DNA from: Macrostomum lignano
Taxonomy: Eukaryota
Reading direction: 5' to 3'
Length of the DNA stretch: 64,000 nucleotides
NCBI GenBank assembly: GCA_002269645.1
Contig: NIVC01000717.1
Location: 326,822-390,821, forward strand
Shown: positions 25,656 to 39,202 of the stretch, one piece after another
How positions within the stretch are numbered: position 1 is the stretch's first letter
Layout of the letters: each line of letters starts with the position of its first letter
Program-made: the position numbers and the translations under genes
The notes under the pieces: generated by a model
Databases searched by the model: none
What the model was told of the DNA's origin: nothing
Seen by the model: only the letters and a program-made list of their open reading frames with translations

Positions 25656-28600
25656 GTCTATCTATTTATCTATCTATCTATATATCTATCTACCTGTCTA
25701 TCTATCTATCTATCTATCCATCTATCTAATCTATCTATCTGTCTATCAATCAGTCTATATTGTATTTAGCCAGTCCACCACTAAGATACACATGGGCATG
25801 GACTATTGAACTAGGTCCATATAGAAGACATGGAGGTGGCACTCAAGGACTCCCAAAAATATGGGGCCCAGCCCAAAGTTCGTTTCTAAAAAAAAAACAC
25901 TTAAAGTTTTTCACCACAGAAATCAATGCCAAACCAAAGATTTATAATGCCAAGCAAAACCAGACACAAAATGGCAGTTAAAGAGGCAAGGCGCACGAAT
26001 GCGGAGACGCCAAAGAGGGGAGGCAAATCCCTGAGCTCGAGGATAGATAAGATCTGTTTGGACAAGCAATGAGAGACAGACCCTCTTTGTCAAAAGCTGC
26101 GCAATGAGGGTTAAGTGTAGTTAGTCATAGTCAAAATACTCAGCCATTAACGAGACAGTCTGTGACCCTTGCTTGATACCCGTGGGACTCTTTCGGTCAT
26201 AAAATATTATAATAAAAGTTCAACACATATAGAACAAGTTATGGCGGATGGAATTCATGGAAAGCCGAAAGGCCCAATTAGTCATCGCATTTCAGTAACA
26301 GAGAGAAGTTATTAATCAACATTTTTCTTGATAAACATAAGAAACAAGCATATGGCTTGTTTCACAAAAATGTACGGCGATTATCACAGGTGTGAGGCGA
26401 TTTCCACAGGTGTGAGGCGATTTCCACAGGTGTGAGGCGATTATCACAGGTGAGAGGCGATTATCACAGGTGTAAGGCGATTATCACAGGTGAGAGGCGA
26501 TTATCACAGGTGTGAGGCGATTATCACAGGTGTAAGGCGATTATCACAGGTGAGAGGCGATTATCACAGGTGAGAGGCGATTTCCACAGGTGTGAGGCGA
26601 TTTCCACAGGTGTGAGGCGATTATCACAGGTGAGAGGCGATTATCACAGGTGTAAGGCGATTATCACAGGTGAGAGGCGATTATCACAGGTGTGAGGCGA
26701 TTATCACAGGTGAGAGGCGATTATCACAGGTGAGAGGCGATTATCACAGGTGAGAGGCGATTTCCACAGGTGTGAGGCGATTTCCACAGGTGTGAGGCGA
26801 TTATCACAGGTGAGAGGCGATTATCACAGGTGTAAGGCGATTATCACAGGTGTAAGGCGATTATCACAGGTGAGAGGCGATTATCACAGGTGTGAGGCGA
26901 TTATCACAGGTGTGAGGCGATTTCCACAGGTGTGAGGCAATTTCCACAGGTGTGAGGCGATTATCACAGGTGAGAGGCGATTATCACAGGTGTGAGGCGA
27001 TTATCACAGGTGAGAGGCGATTATCACAGGTGTGAGGCGATTATCACAGGTGAGAGGCGATTATCACAGGTGAGAGGCGATTATCACAGGTGAGAGGCGA
27101 TTATCACAGGTGTGAGGCGATTTCCACAGGTGTGAGGCGATTTCCACAGGTGTGAGGCGATTATCACAGGTGAGAGGCGATTATCACAGATGAGAGGCTA
27201 TTATCACAGGTGTGAAGCGATTTTCACAGGTGTGAGGCGATTTTCGTAAGTCTCTAGATTCCTGTAAAGAATTCTTTTGGGGAAATAAGTTTAAAAGCTC
27301 TGCACGTATGTATAAATTTGTGCGGCTTTTGTGGTTGTGGTGGTGACTGGTTAGCGACCCTAAAAAATGAAACCACGAACTGAAGATAGGAAATGGGAAA
27401 ATTTAGGCAGATTGCTATCAGTCTGTCTTGCTTTTATTCGACGACTTCCAAACTTTCCTAATCAAGCAATATTTTGTAGCAATAAAAATTAACAACTGCC
27501 GCAACCATGGGTGTCTAAAACTGCGAGTAGATATCTGGACAAGAAATTTTACCGGGAAACTCCCATTTTTTACTTTGTTAGTCATTCTTCACAATCCTTA
27601 ACTTCACAAAGTCCCAATCTTCACAATTTCGAATGTTTACAACCCCAAATGTTAGCAACCTCAAAATCTTTACAACTCCTCAATCTTCACAATACCCAAG
27701 CTTCACCGTTTCCATAATCTTCACAGTCTCGAATCTTCACAATCCTAAATCTTCTCAATCCCCTTAATCTCCCCAATCTTCACAATCTCCTCAATCTCCC
27801 CAATCTCCCCAAATTCCCTAATCTTCACAATCTCCCCAATCTTCACAATCTCCCAAATCTTCACAATCTCCCAAATCTTCACAATCTCCCCAATCTTCAC
27901 AATCTCCCAAATCTTCACAATCTTCACAATCTCCCCAATTCTCACAATCTCCTCAATCTTAACAATCTCCCCAATCTTCACAATCTCCCCAATTTTCACA
28001 CTCTCCAAAATCTTCACAATCTCCCCAATCTCCCAAATCTTCACAATCTCCCCAATATTCACAATCTCCCCAATATTCACAATCTCCCAAATCTTCACAA
28101 TCTCCCCAATTTTCACAATCTCCCAAATCTTCACAATCACCCCAATATTCACAATCTCCCCAATATTCACAATCTCCTCAATCTTCACAATCTCCCAAAT
28201 CTTCACAATCTCCCAAATCTTCACAATCTCCCCAATTTTCACAATCTCCCAAATCTTCACAATCTCCCCAATATTCACAATCTCCCCAATATTCACAATC
28301 TCCTCAATCTTCACAATCTCCCAAATCTTCACAATCTCCCAAATCTTCACAATCTCCCCAATTTTCACAATCTCCCAAATCTTCACAATCTCCCCAATAT
28401 TCACAATCTCCCCAATATTCACAATCTCCTCAATCTTCACAATCTCCCAAATCTTCACAATCTCCCAAATCTTCACAATCTCCCCAATTTTTACAATCTC
28501 CCAAATCTTCACAATCTTCAACAATTACCTCAGAATGTACAGTCTCCTCTTCCACCGCGACAAGATATTGCGTTGGGAAGCAAAGCTGGCCAGAAGCTGA

Positions 28601-31207
28601 CCCGACCGTCGACTGATGATGAGGCTGCTGGTGATGCTGGGGCGGCTGATGCAGATTTGGCTGATTGCGCGGCAGAGAACTGCTGCCACTATGGTCAGTA
28701 TGATGCTGACTGTCTGACCTGGGACAGAACTCGCCAGATAGACTCTGCAACGGAGAGGCGGTAAGATTAATGATTAATTTAAGTTAAGGTTAGTTTGAAA
28801 GTTCTGAATCTGATAAATTGATTGTGGCATCTCTCGCTTTTTAGGCGATATGTATGATACAAAACTTAGCTACAAAATACGATAAAACTTGGCTACTAAT
28901 TGCCATGGCAACTAGATTAATACACGCCCAGGTTCCGGTCGGCCTCAACGCCCCAGCAACAGTAGTTAATGGCAATCTCCCAATGTCATTGTTGGTTTAT
29001 CCCGAATTGGGTTTGAAAATGGCATGAGATAGCTTAGTCAGGCTTTTGATCAATCAATCTTAACGCATCGTTGGCTTTATTGTTTCGCTTTGCATGGGGG
29101 ATTGATTTATTACTCATAGGTAGGCAGGAAGAGCTGGACAATTTGTCTGATGCTAGGGCGATTGATGTGCTAGGGGGGAGATGCTAGAGGGAGAGGGGAG
29201 GAGAGGGAGGATGCGGAAAGAGGAGAGGGGATAAAGGAGAGGAGAGGGAGAGGGTAGAGGGAGAAGGAATAGGGGGAGGGGAGAGAGAGTGGCTCAGGGG
29301 AGGAGAGGTGAAAGAGAAGGTAGAGAGAGAGGCTAGAGGATCAGGGAGAGGGGAGAAAGAGGGAGGAGAGAGAAAAGGGAGAGGGAGAGAGGGTAGAGGG
29401 AGAGGCTAGAGGGAGAGGCTAGAGGGAGAGGCTAGAGGGAGAGGGTAGAGGGAGAGGGTAGAGGGAGAGGGTAGAGGGAGAGGGTAGAGGGAGAGGCTAG
29501 AGGGAGAGGGGAGGAGAGGGAGCATGCGGAAAGAGGAGAGGGGATAAAGGAGAGGAGAGGGAGAGGGTAGAGGGAGAAGGAATAGGGGGAGGGAGAGAGA
29601 GTGGCTCAGGGGAGGAGAGGTGAAAGAGAAGGTAGAGAGAGAGGCTAGAGGATCAGGGAGAGGGGAGAAAGAGGGAGGAGAGAGAAAAGGGAGAGGGAGA
29701 GAGGGTAGAGGGAGAGAGGGTAGAGGGAGAGGCTAGAGGGAGAGGCTAGAGGGAGAGGCTAGAGGGAGAGGGTAGAGGGAGAGGGTAGAGGGAGAGGCTA
29801 GAGGGAGAGGCTAGAGGGAGAGGCTAGAGGGAGAGGCTAGAGGGAGAGGGTAGAGGGAGAGGCTAGAGGGAGAGGCTAGAGGGAGAGGCTAGAGGGAGAG
29901 GCTAGAGGGAGAGGGTAGAGGGAGAGGCTAGAGGGAGAGGCTAGAGGGAGAGGCTAGAGGGAGAGGCTAGAGGGAGAGGCTAGAAGGAGAGGCTAGAGGG
30001 AGAGGCTAGAGGGAGAGGCTAGAGGGAGAGGGTAGAGGGAGAGGCTAGAGGGAGAGGCTAGAGGGAGAGGCTAGAGGGAGAGGGTAGAGGGAGAGGGTAG
30101 AGGGAGAGGCTAGAGGGAGAGGCTAGAGGGAGAGGCTAGAGGGAGAGGGTAGAGGGAGAGGGTAGAGGGAGAGGCTAGAGGGAGAGGCTAGAGGGAGAGG
30201 CTAGAGGGAGAGGCTAGAGGGAGAGGGTAGAGGGAGAGGCTAGAGGGAGAGGCTAGAGGGAGAGGCTAGAGGGAGAGGCTAGAGGGAGAGGCTAGAAGGA
30301 GAGGCTAGAGGGAGAGGCTAGAGGGAGAGGCTAGAGGGAGAGGGTAGAGGGAGAGGGTAGAGGGAGAGGCTAGAGGGAGAGGCTAGAGGGAGAGGCTAGA
30401 GGGAGAGGCTAGAGGGAGAGGCTAGAGGGAGAGGCTAGAGGGAGAGGCTAGAGGGAGAGGGTAGAGGGAGAGGGTAGAGGGAGAGGCTAGAGGGAGAGGC
30501 TAGAGGGAGAGGCTAGAGGGAGAGGGGAGAGGGAGAGGGGAGAGGGAGGAGAGTCAAGTAGAGACGGATGAGAGATGGGAGATGATAGGAAGAGCAGGTA
30601 AGATGTAAGGCAGGAAAGAGCATAGTGAATGAAAAAGTAGGTTGGGATAGCAGATGACACAAATGGCCTAGCAGACTCAGTCAATAGACATTCCAACACG
30701 CATATAAAATATAGGTAGACACACACACTCGTATATCTCTAGGCTGTATCCAACTTGGTGGCATTGCAGTGGGTATGGCATGTCTATGGCCCAACCCAAG
30801 CTAAGCCCTCATCACGGGCCCATCAAACCCTCCCCCCCTGCGGTCTGTAGGCTTGTATTACGTAATAATCCTTCGAAAATCGTGTTCAATGCCTTCAGGC
30901 TCTTGTCAGCCAGCCAGCCAACCAAGCAGGACAGGAGGAGCTCGCCCAGCCGTGCCGCAATCGAAATACCCTACCAACCCCTTCATTATGATCAGTTGTC
31001 TCGGATTACTCCACGAGAATGCAATGCATCACGGGTAGACAAAACTAAAGATGGAGAAAAAACCCAACCCCGTCTGCTTAAATGTTTAAACTGAAATTGT
31101 TAGCAAAATAGTCAAGCCCTATGCTTCAAGTGGGAAGTGCATATTGACTTATTTATTCGTAGGTTGCGTTTTAAATTCGTTTCAAAGGGAAATTGTAGCG
31201 GGAGAGA

Positions 31208-31279
<72 letters not shown>

Positions 31280-34200
31280 ATAAAGATGAAGCTTTGAAGC
31301 AAGGTAGATAGGAATAGATAAGAAGGGTACAGGAATATAGTGAGATGTAGAGGAGAGATAGGAGAGGTAGAGGAGGTAGAGAGACAGGAGAGGCAGAGGG
31401 TTGTAGGAGAGGCAGAGAGGAGACAGGAGAGGAAGAGAGGATTTAGGAGAGGTGGAGAGAGGATAGGAGAGGTAGAGGGGAACATAGGAGGTAAAGAGGA
31501 GATAGGAGAGGAAGAGAGGAGAAAGGAGAGGTAGATAGGAGAGGAAGAGAGATACGAGAGATAGAAAGGAGATAGGAGAGGTAGAGAGAGATACGAGAGA
31601 TAGAGAGGAGATAGGAGAGGAAGAGAGCAGACAGGAGAGTTTGAGGGGAGATAGAGACGTAGCAAGATAACAATTAAACAGTCAGACAAAAAGCTTCAGT
31701 CAATGACACAAACCCCCTGTCACAACTAAAGCCTAGCACCGATATGTATCGAAAGTAAAATTCGCAGAGCTAGAATGATATTAATAATAGCGCAATAGTC
31801 AAGGTTTAACTGACTATTTACCTTCTCTTTAGCCTCGAGCGCAGCCAGCTGACGGCATTTGTCGGCTTTACGCTTAGTCAATTCGACCAGCAGTCGTTTC
31901 AATTCCCAGAATCTGGCCACTCGCCTTTGATGAGCTGGAGAATGTTGTTGCTGCTGTTGCTGCTGCTGTAACGGAAGAGAGCGAACAGAAGACGGAGCTT
32001 GCGACAACAGTTGCTGCTGCTGTTGCTGTGAATGGAAAGAAGATTCTTCTAAACTGCTGGCATGATTGATTGATGACTGATTGAGCTGGTGACCGGCCGT
32101 CAGCAGCAGGTCTGAGGCCGCGGCAGCATCAATTGCGACGCTTGAAGCTGACAATGGAGCGTCGGAGACGAGGTCGGAGCTGGCACGCCGGTGTCGGTGA
32201 GAACGACGTCGAGGCAGAGTGACCATTGCCGCTGCTGTCGCTGCAAGGGTTAAAAAGCATGGTAAAATAAATTTTATAGTTTACCATAGCTTGCTTTGAC
32301 AGTTATTGACAACGCAACAGACACTAACATTAGAGACAGAGATAGAGAGAGGGAGACAGGGTAGAGATGGAGACAGAAAAGAGAGGGAAACAGGGGAGAG
32401 AGGGAGACAGGAGAGGGAGACAGGGGAGAGAGGGAGACAGGGGAGAGAGGGAAACAGGGGAGGGAGAGGGAGAGAGGGTAGAGATGGAGACAGAAGAGAG
32501 AGGGAGACAGAAGAGAGATGGAGACAGAAGAGAGAGGGAGACAGGGGAGAGAGGGAGACAGAAGACAGAGGGAGACAGAAGAGAGAGGGAGACAGAAGAG
32601 AGAGGGAGACAGGGGAGAGATGGAGACAGAAGAGAGAGGGAGACAGAAGAGAGATGGAGACAGGGGAGAGAGGGAAACAGGGGAGAGAGGGAAACAGGGG
32701 AGAGAGAGGGAGAGAGGGTAGAGATGGAGACAGAAGAGAGAGAGAGACAGAAGAGAGAGGGAGACAGAAGAGAGAGAGAGACAGGAGAGAGGGAGACAGA
32801 AGAGAGATGGAGACAGAAGAGAGAGGGAGACAGGGGAGAGAGGGAGACAGAAGACAGAGGGAGACAGAAGAGAGAGGGAGACAGAAGAGAGAGGGAGACA
32901 GGGGAGAGATGGAGACAGAAGAGAGAGAGGGAGACAGGGGAGAGAGGGAGACAGAAGAGAGAGGGAGACAGGGGAGAGAGGGAAACAGAAGAGAGAGGGA
33001 GACAGGGGAGAGAGGGAGACAGAAGAGAGAGGGAGACAGGGGAGAGATGGAGACAGAAGAGAGATGGAGACAGAAGAGAGAGGGAGACAGAAGAGAGAGG
33101 GAGACAGGGGAGAGAGGGAGACAGAAGAGAGAGGGAGACAGGGTAGAGATGGATACAGGAGAGAGGGAGACAGGGTAGAGATGGATACAGAAGAGAGAGG
33201 GAGACAGGGGAGAGAGGGAGACAGAAGAGAGAGGGAGACAGAAGAGAGATGGAGACAGAAGAGAGAGGGAGACAGGGGAGAGATGGAGACAGAAGAGAGA
33301 GGGAGACAGAAGAGAGATGGAGACAGGGGAGAGAGGGAAACAGGGGAGAGAGAGGGAGTGAGGGTAGAGATGGAGACAGAAGAGAGAGGGAGACAGAAGA
33401 GAGAGGGAGACAGGAGAGAGGGAGACAGAAGACAGAGGGAGACAGAAGAGAGAGGGAGACAGAAGAGAGATGGAGACAGAAGAGAGAGGGAGATAGGGGA
33501 GAGAGGGAGACAGAAGAGAGAGGGAGACAGGGGAGAGATGGAGACAGAAGAGAGAGGGAGACAGAAGAGAGAGGGAGACAGGGGAGAGAGGGAGACAGAA
33601 GAGAGAGGGAGACAGGGTAGAGATGGATACAGAAGAGAGGGAGACAGGGGAGAGAGGGACAGAAGAGAGAGGGAGACAGGGTAGAGATGGATACAGAATA
33701 GAGAGGGAGACCGGGGAGAGAGGGAGACAGAAGAGAGAGGGAGACAGAAGAGAGAGGGAGACAGGGGAGAGAAGGAGACAGAAGACAGAGGGAGACAGGG
33801 GAGAGAGGGAGACAGAAGACAGAGGGAGACAGGGTAGAGGGTGGAGAGGGACACGTTGGAGATAGATAAATACCACACGTCATAGGAAAACTCTTTCTTC
33901 AGAAGTAGTAGGTCGTAAGCTTATTTTTTTGACAGGCTCTTTAGGTTTTCTTTTAATTCAAGTGTCTGAATTGAAACGTGTTCTGCCTTTGAACTAATAA
34001 TAATAGCCAACTTTTTAGGGACAATCGATTACGTAATCAACAACCAAATGAAGGCATTGTGTAGCATACATGAGCACATTTTGTTTTGAATAAGCCTTAT
34101 ATAATGATTGTGAGGAAAATAGCAATGTTGGCAACAGGCAGACATTGGTTAATCAGACAGGGCGCCAAACTCTCCTCACTGATGGTTAAACAGTTAGGGC

Positions 34201-36972
34201 GCCAAACTCTCCTCATTGATGGTTAAACAGGCAGGGCGCCAAACTCTCCTCACTGATGGTTAAACAGGCAGGGCGCCAGACTCTCCTCACTGATGGTTAA
34301 ACTGTTAAACAGGCGCCAAACTCTCCTCACTGATGGTTAAACAGGCAGGGCGCTAAACTCTCCTCACTGATGGTTAAACAGGCAGGGCGCCAAACTCTCC
34401 TCACTGATGGTTAAACAGGCAGGGCGCTAAACTCTCCTCACTGATGGTTAAACAGGCAGGGCGCCAAACTCTCCTCACTGATGGTTAAACTGTTAAACAG
34501 GCGCCAAACTCTCCTCACTGATGGTTAAACTGTTAAACAGGCGCCAAACTCTCCTCACCGATGGTTAAACAGGGCGCTAAAATTCAAAAGCAACACTTCA
34601 ATTGGAATGCTTTTGGCTGTCCTACCCATAGGTCTGAACAGACCAAGTTGTTAATTTAGTGATTGCGCAATCAAGCCTAACATCGCGGGGGCTTCATCTG
34701 CCCTTTCATCCCCTCATCCAAACTCGGAATTGTTAAGCGCCGATGCGCGCAACGGGGGTCCCCGACAAATTTTCGCTAAGTTTCACCAATCGTTTGTTGA
34801 AATAAGTTCGGTTTTAGTGGGTGCAGCAGCATTTTGAATATTCAACAAAGAGAGAAAACGCCTATGATGGAGACAATGAATTCTTAATGTTATGATAAAA
34901 GTTTTACCTAGGGTTATAGACTTAGTCAGGATCTGAGCTTATTAAGCGATGAGAATATTTGTCAGAGATTTTATTGAAAGTCAAACAAAACGACAACGCA
35001 ATCTTAAGCTTAAGTAGAACAATAAAATAAATTTTGACCCGAGAGAGTGGACAGTGGGAATACTGGACTAAAACTTGATGAAGCATATCCAGGTGTCCCA
35101 TTTCTTTTTGGCCCTGTGCTGTGTGGCGCAATGACGTGACGTGGCGATGAAGATGAAGAAAAGAATCTGGACCTTTCAGCTATAGTCAAAGGGAATATAT
35201 CCATAGAGAATGAAGATAAAAAGCCAAAGTCCAAAGACTAAGAATGCCAAGAATGTGATAGTAAGTAAGAACTAATAAATAAATATGAATTGCATTGCTG
35301 GACCACCTGGTCATCTGTTGCATTCAATCAAGAAACACCCACAACTGGAACCATTCGAGTTTAAACTATTTTGCTTTCTAAGAAATTTGACACGAAACTG
35401 GAATACGGAGAATTTCCTAGATTTCCTGGATGAGAGGGAGAAGAGAGGAGAGGGAGAAGAGAGGGGAGAGAAGAGAGGGAGAGGGAGAAGAGAGGGAGAA
35501 GAGAGTGAGAAGAGAGGAGGGGAGAGAAGAGAGGAAGGAGAAGAGAGAGGAGAGAGGAGAGTGAGAAGAGAGGGGGAAGAGAGAGGAGGGGAGGGAAGAG
35601 AGAGAGGGAGAAGAGAAGGAGAGAGAGAGAAGGAAAAGAGAGGAGGGGAGAGAGGAAAGGGAGAAGAGAAGAGTAGAGAGAGGAGGGGAGAGAAGACAGG
35701 AGGGGGGATGGAGAAGAGAGGAGAGAAAAAGGGGAAAGAGGAGAGGGGAGATGAGAGGGGAGGGGAGGAGAGAGGGAGAAGAGAGGGGAGAGAAGAGAGG
35801 GAGAGGGAGAAGAGAGGGAGAAGAGAGGGAGAAGAGAGTGAGAAGAGAGGAGGGGAGAGAAGAGAGGAAGGAGAAGAGAGAGGAGAGTGAGAAGAGAGGG
35901 GGAAGAGAGAGGAGGGGAGGGAAGAGAGAGAGAGGGAGAAGAGAAGGAGAGAGAGAAGGAAAAGAGAGGAGGGGAGAGAGGAAAGGGAGAAGAGAAGAGT
36001 AGAGAGAGGAGGGGAGAGAAGACAGGAGGGGGTATGGAGAAGAAGAGAGGAGAGAAAGAGAGGGGAAAGAGCTGAGGGGAGGAGAGAGAGAGTGAGAGAG
36101 AGAGGAGACGGCCACGGGAGAGGAGAAACGAAAGAGAAAGAAGTTGAGAAGTGGGGGCGGAGAGAGGACAGAGGAAAGATGACACGAACCTGGCCTGAGC
36201 GCAATGAGCGGGCCAGAGAGCTAGTGGTGTAAAGTTCCAAAGGACCCGAGGGCAGGATAGAGGCTTCGCAGGCCACACTGTCCTTGCGGACCCCTGAACT
36301 GAATTGTAAAGTATTAAAACAAGAATATAAAAAATCTTCGAACTCACGAACGGCAGATTTCTGCTCATCAAAATCGTCTTCAGTTAACGCGATTGGTGCA
36401 AATACTCTTCTACTAGTGGTAGTTCTCGATCGGACATTGCTGCTGTCATCGGGCTCTGCTTCCATCTGCTGCTGCTGCTGCATCAGCCGGGTGACAACCG
36501 GATGGCTCTGCAAAGTTGGTTCCGTCACAGTGGCAGTCGCGGCAGCAGTTGTCGCCATTTCTGTTGCTCCAGCTGCTGTAACGGTGGATTTCTGCCGAAA
36601 TCCGAACAATTCTTTAGCTTTCTGCACATCCTCAAAGATGATTTCGGTCAGGCAGGCTCGCCTAGAACTGGCGCCATCTTTGTGCCGGCCAGTTACAGTT
36701 GATTTGCGCTGCTGTTTAGCAGCTTTCGAGGTTGGCGACAATTTAGCCGTTCCAAATAGACTGCGGCGTTTGCGCTGCCTGCCTGGCATGGAATTGGAGT
36801 TTGAAGCAGCATCGGCTGTATTCTCGGAATCCGCTGCATTGTCGTTTGTACCGGCTATTGTCATGGCTTGTTCGTCGGCTGCTGCTGCTGTTGACTTGCT
36901 TTTATTGTTAGGAGTTGCATTGGACTGAGGGTCGTAGACCAACAGGTTGAGCTGTTGCTGTTGACGATCCAT
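23125..36972 (-). CDS. Multi-exon coiled-coil gene, CUPID-domain-like (FRMD4/CCDC120/INAVA family). Supported exons: 36972-36190 (possibly with a 54-nt intron), 32240-31822, 28744-28529, 24853-24657, 24361-~24161, 23469-23125
   Basis: Canonical GT-AG edges on Q/S/A-rich ORF islands. [20 protein letters not shown]|SLSGE and [38 protein letters not shown]|[12 protein letters not shown] resemble the two CUPID coiled coils as I recall them. At least two phase-bridging exons were not located. Confidence 0.5.
23540..23998. repeat. 28-bp intronic minisatellite
   Basis: (CTGGCCCAGCAACTGAGGATCTGGGAGG)n. Confidence 0.95.
24500..24635 (-). mobile_element. Degenerate copy of the SINE at 2159
   Basis: Reverse complement GGTTAGAGCGTTGGACCCACGGCTGAACA..TAACTCTGCATTGCTTCAG matches 2178-2290; the B-box region is deleted. 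Confidence 0.65.
24925..25745. repeat. (TCTG)n/(TCTA)n microsatellite split by a ~100-bp unique island
   Basis: Tetranucleotide arrays flank 25337-25437. Confidence 0.95.
26376..27245. repeat. 20-bp minisatellite
   Basis: (GGCGATTATCACAGGTGTGA)n. Confidence 0.96.
27690..28522. repeat. 18-bp (2x9) minisatellite abutting an exon donor
   Basis: (TCTTCACAATCTCCCCAA)n. Confidence 0.93.
29180..30545. repeat. Polypurine tract with a 13-bp array and a ~0.3-kb duplication
   Basis: (GAGGGAGAGGCTA)n. Confidence 0.93.
31200..31660. repeat. (GA)n microsatellite and GA-rich tract
   Basis: Pure GA run at 31200-31277, then degenerate GGAGAGATA units. Confidence 0.9.
32330..33850. repeat. GA-rich 17-19-bp minisatellite
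   Basis: GGGAGACAGAAGAGAGA-type units. Confidence 0.92.
34158..34582. repeat. 37-bp minisatellite with a GGCGCCAA core
   Basis: (CAGGGCGCCAAACTCTCCTCACTGATGGTTAAACAGG)n. Confidence 0.93.
35425..36130. repeat. GA-rich intronic tract
   Basis: Polypurine sequence with internal duplication. Confidence 0.9.
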
Positions 36973-38379
36973 GAGTAAAATAATGTTCTTAGTAATTTAA
37001 TGCCTGGTTCTGTATACAAGGGGGAAAGGTGCTCGCTCTAAAGTGGGAATCGTGGCCAAGTCTTCTCTCTTGTCTGGTCCTCTCTTTTCCTCTTCTGTGG
37101 GATCGTATCGGTGCGCTTATAAAAGTTATTTTAGATTTCGAGGGCAGTTAAAGTCTAGTTTAGTTGGAGGAGTGGATAGAGAAAAGGAAAGGTAGGAAGG
37201 ACCGGCCATTTCCTAAATGGGCCCCCATCGCGTTCTCGATTAGGCGGGGTTGGCTGGATCGGGGGGTGGTTGGGGTTGAGGGGGCGGGGGCCCGCACGTT
37301 GTGCGCGAGGCTCTTACCCCAGCCCATCCTTCTGGCCTGTATTGAGCTTTGGCCTCGTGAGGGGAATGGGTTGGGGCAGGGGGGGGGTGGGGTGGGTGAT
37401 ATCGGGGGTGATGCTGGCGCCCCCACTTCAGATCAATTATATTGACTACTACTACTCTAAACTAATGTGTCCCCAGATGTGTGCGCGTGAACTGGCGGCG
37501 TTGTGACTAAATCGAAAATGCAAATTAGACATTGAAGGTCGTGTAATTTAATCATGGAGCCTGTTTTTACTAATTATATTAAATGAAAACCACTAGAGAA
37601 CATTTTTAATTCTGTAGTAAGTCGCTTGAAGTGCGCCATTGACTTCAACTGGCAAATTGCCAAAATTAGACCTAGGTAGTTTTTATTCCACATCTATTTA
37701 AAAACCAATAAAAATCGATCTCTAAAAAGCTGTCAAAACGCTTCTTAAGTCTCTTGAGCAAACAATCCCACCGATAAGAGGTATAAATAACGGATCAATC
37801 AATATCGCGGATGAAACCCCCAACACATCTGTCAAAACAAAAATGATGACATTGACATGCATGCAGGGTTATAAATAAAAATTTGGGAAAACTTTCAACT
37901 TATCAAAAAAACACCCCAAGTAACGCTCGTAGGTCCGCTTTTGTTGCCTTCCCAAAGCTTCTGAGCGATGCAACGAGGCAGATAAGGGTATTTTTTGTTG
38001 CTAAGGCTAAGCCCAAGAAGAACCTGAAAAAGCCAATAAACGATGCCTCCATGGTTGCTAAGAGCCCAGCCGCGAGTTGTATTCTCTATCAATTTTATTG
38101 TCAGTTCAGTTCGGCTTTAAGAAACCCATTTTAGACAGACCTGGGTAAAGGGAAGCACTATAAAGCCTAGTAGCAATCTTTACAGTAATAAAGGCGATTG
38201 CCGATTGGCGATCTTCAACTGAATCTTCTCCGTCATATTAAGAGACAAGGGGAGTTATGAGGACAAATGGGATTAGTCAGAGACTGAGTTGGCGCTGTGG
38301 GTGAGTTAGCGCTGTTGGTAAGTTGGCGCCGTGAGTAAATTGGAACCGTGGGTGAGTTGGAACTGTGAGCGAGTGACTT

Positions 38380-38790
38380 GGCGCCGTGAGATAGAGACTT
38401 GGCGCCGTGAGATAGAGACTTGGCGCCGTGAGATAGAGACTTGGCGCCGTGAGATAGAGACTTGGCGCCGTGAGGGAGAAAGCGGGCGCCATGAGGGAGA
38501 GACCTGTCGCTGTGAGTGAGTGACTTGGCGCCGTGATGGAGTGACTTGGCGCCGTGATGGAGTGACTTGGCGCCGTGATGGAGTGACTTGGCGCCGTGAT
38601 GGAGTGACTTGGCGCCGTGATGGAGTGACTTGGCGCCGTGATGGAGTGACTTGGCGCCGTGATGGAGTGACTTGGCGCCGTGATGGAGTGACTTGGCGCC
38701 GTGATGGAGTGACTTGGCGCCGTGATGGAGTGACTTGGCGCCGTGATGGAGTGACTTGGCGCCGTGATGGAGTGACTTGGCGCCGTGATC
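38380..38790. repeat. 21-bp minisatellite with GGCGCCAA on the - strand
   Basis: (GTGACTTGGCGCCGTGATGGA)n and the variant GAGACTTGGCGCCGTGAGATA. Confidence 0.95.
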
Positions 38791-39202
38791 CAGATGCAGA
38801 ACTAGATGCATGGCTAAAGGATTGCTCACCTTATTTTTGATTGTATACTATTATACGTAACCAACCATTTTTTGTGCTTGGCTTAGCAACTAGCGAAAAA
38901 CTAAAAAAAGCAAAAAAGAAAATAGTGATTGATATATTTGTATATTTATACGTAAAAAAGCCTATCAGACAAGGATATAATTAGCATACATAATATCGAG
39001 CACATCTGTTTTCCCACGGACCTCGACATCACCCATCATATAATTATCAACCTTTCCATCAAAGAAGGCCATTGTTATTACAGACAACCAAGCTACTCAA
39101 TACGTCATCATTATATTTTGACAGCTGCTTACATTAGCTTAGTAACTAAAATGTACAATTTCATACTGTAATAATGATTGCTTATGAATGCCGAATAACA
39201 GA

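Noticed and set aside
27745-28524. 259-aa (KIGEIV)n ORF as a structural repeat protein
   Set aside because: Lies in an intron-located 18-bp array, out of frame with the adjacent exon, with no splice support
35030-35242. Candidate extra exon of the CUPID-like gene ([10 protein letters not shown]...)
   Set aside because: The acceptor is plausible, but only weak phase-1 donors were found, so it was left out of the model
36370-36660. Spt6-like snippets ([20 protein letters not shown])
   Set aside because: Too short, and the rest of the gene has no Spt6 domains
37240-37410. G-tract patch upstream of the CUPID-like ATG as a promoter
   Set aside because: Position is suggestive, but no core promoter element could be identified
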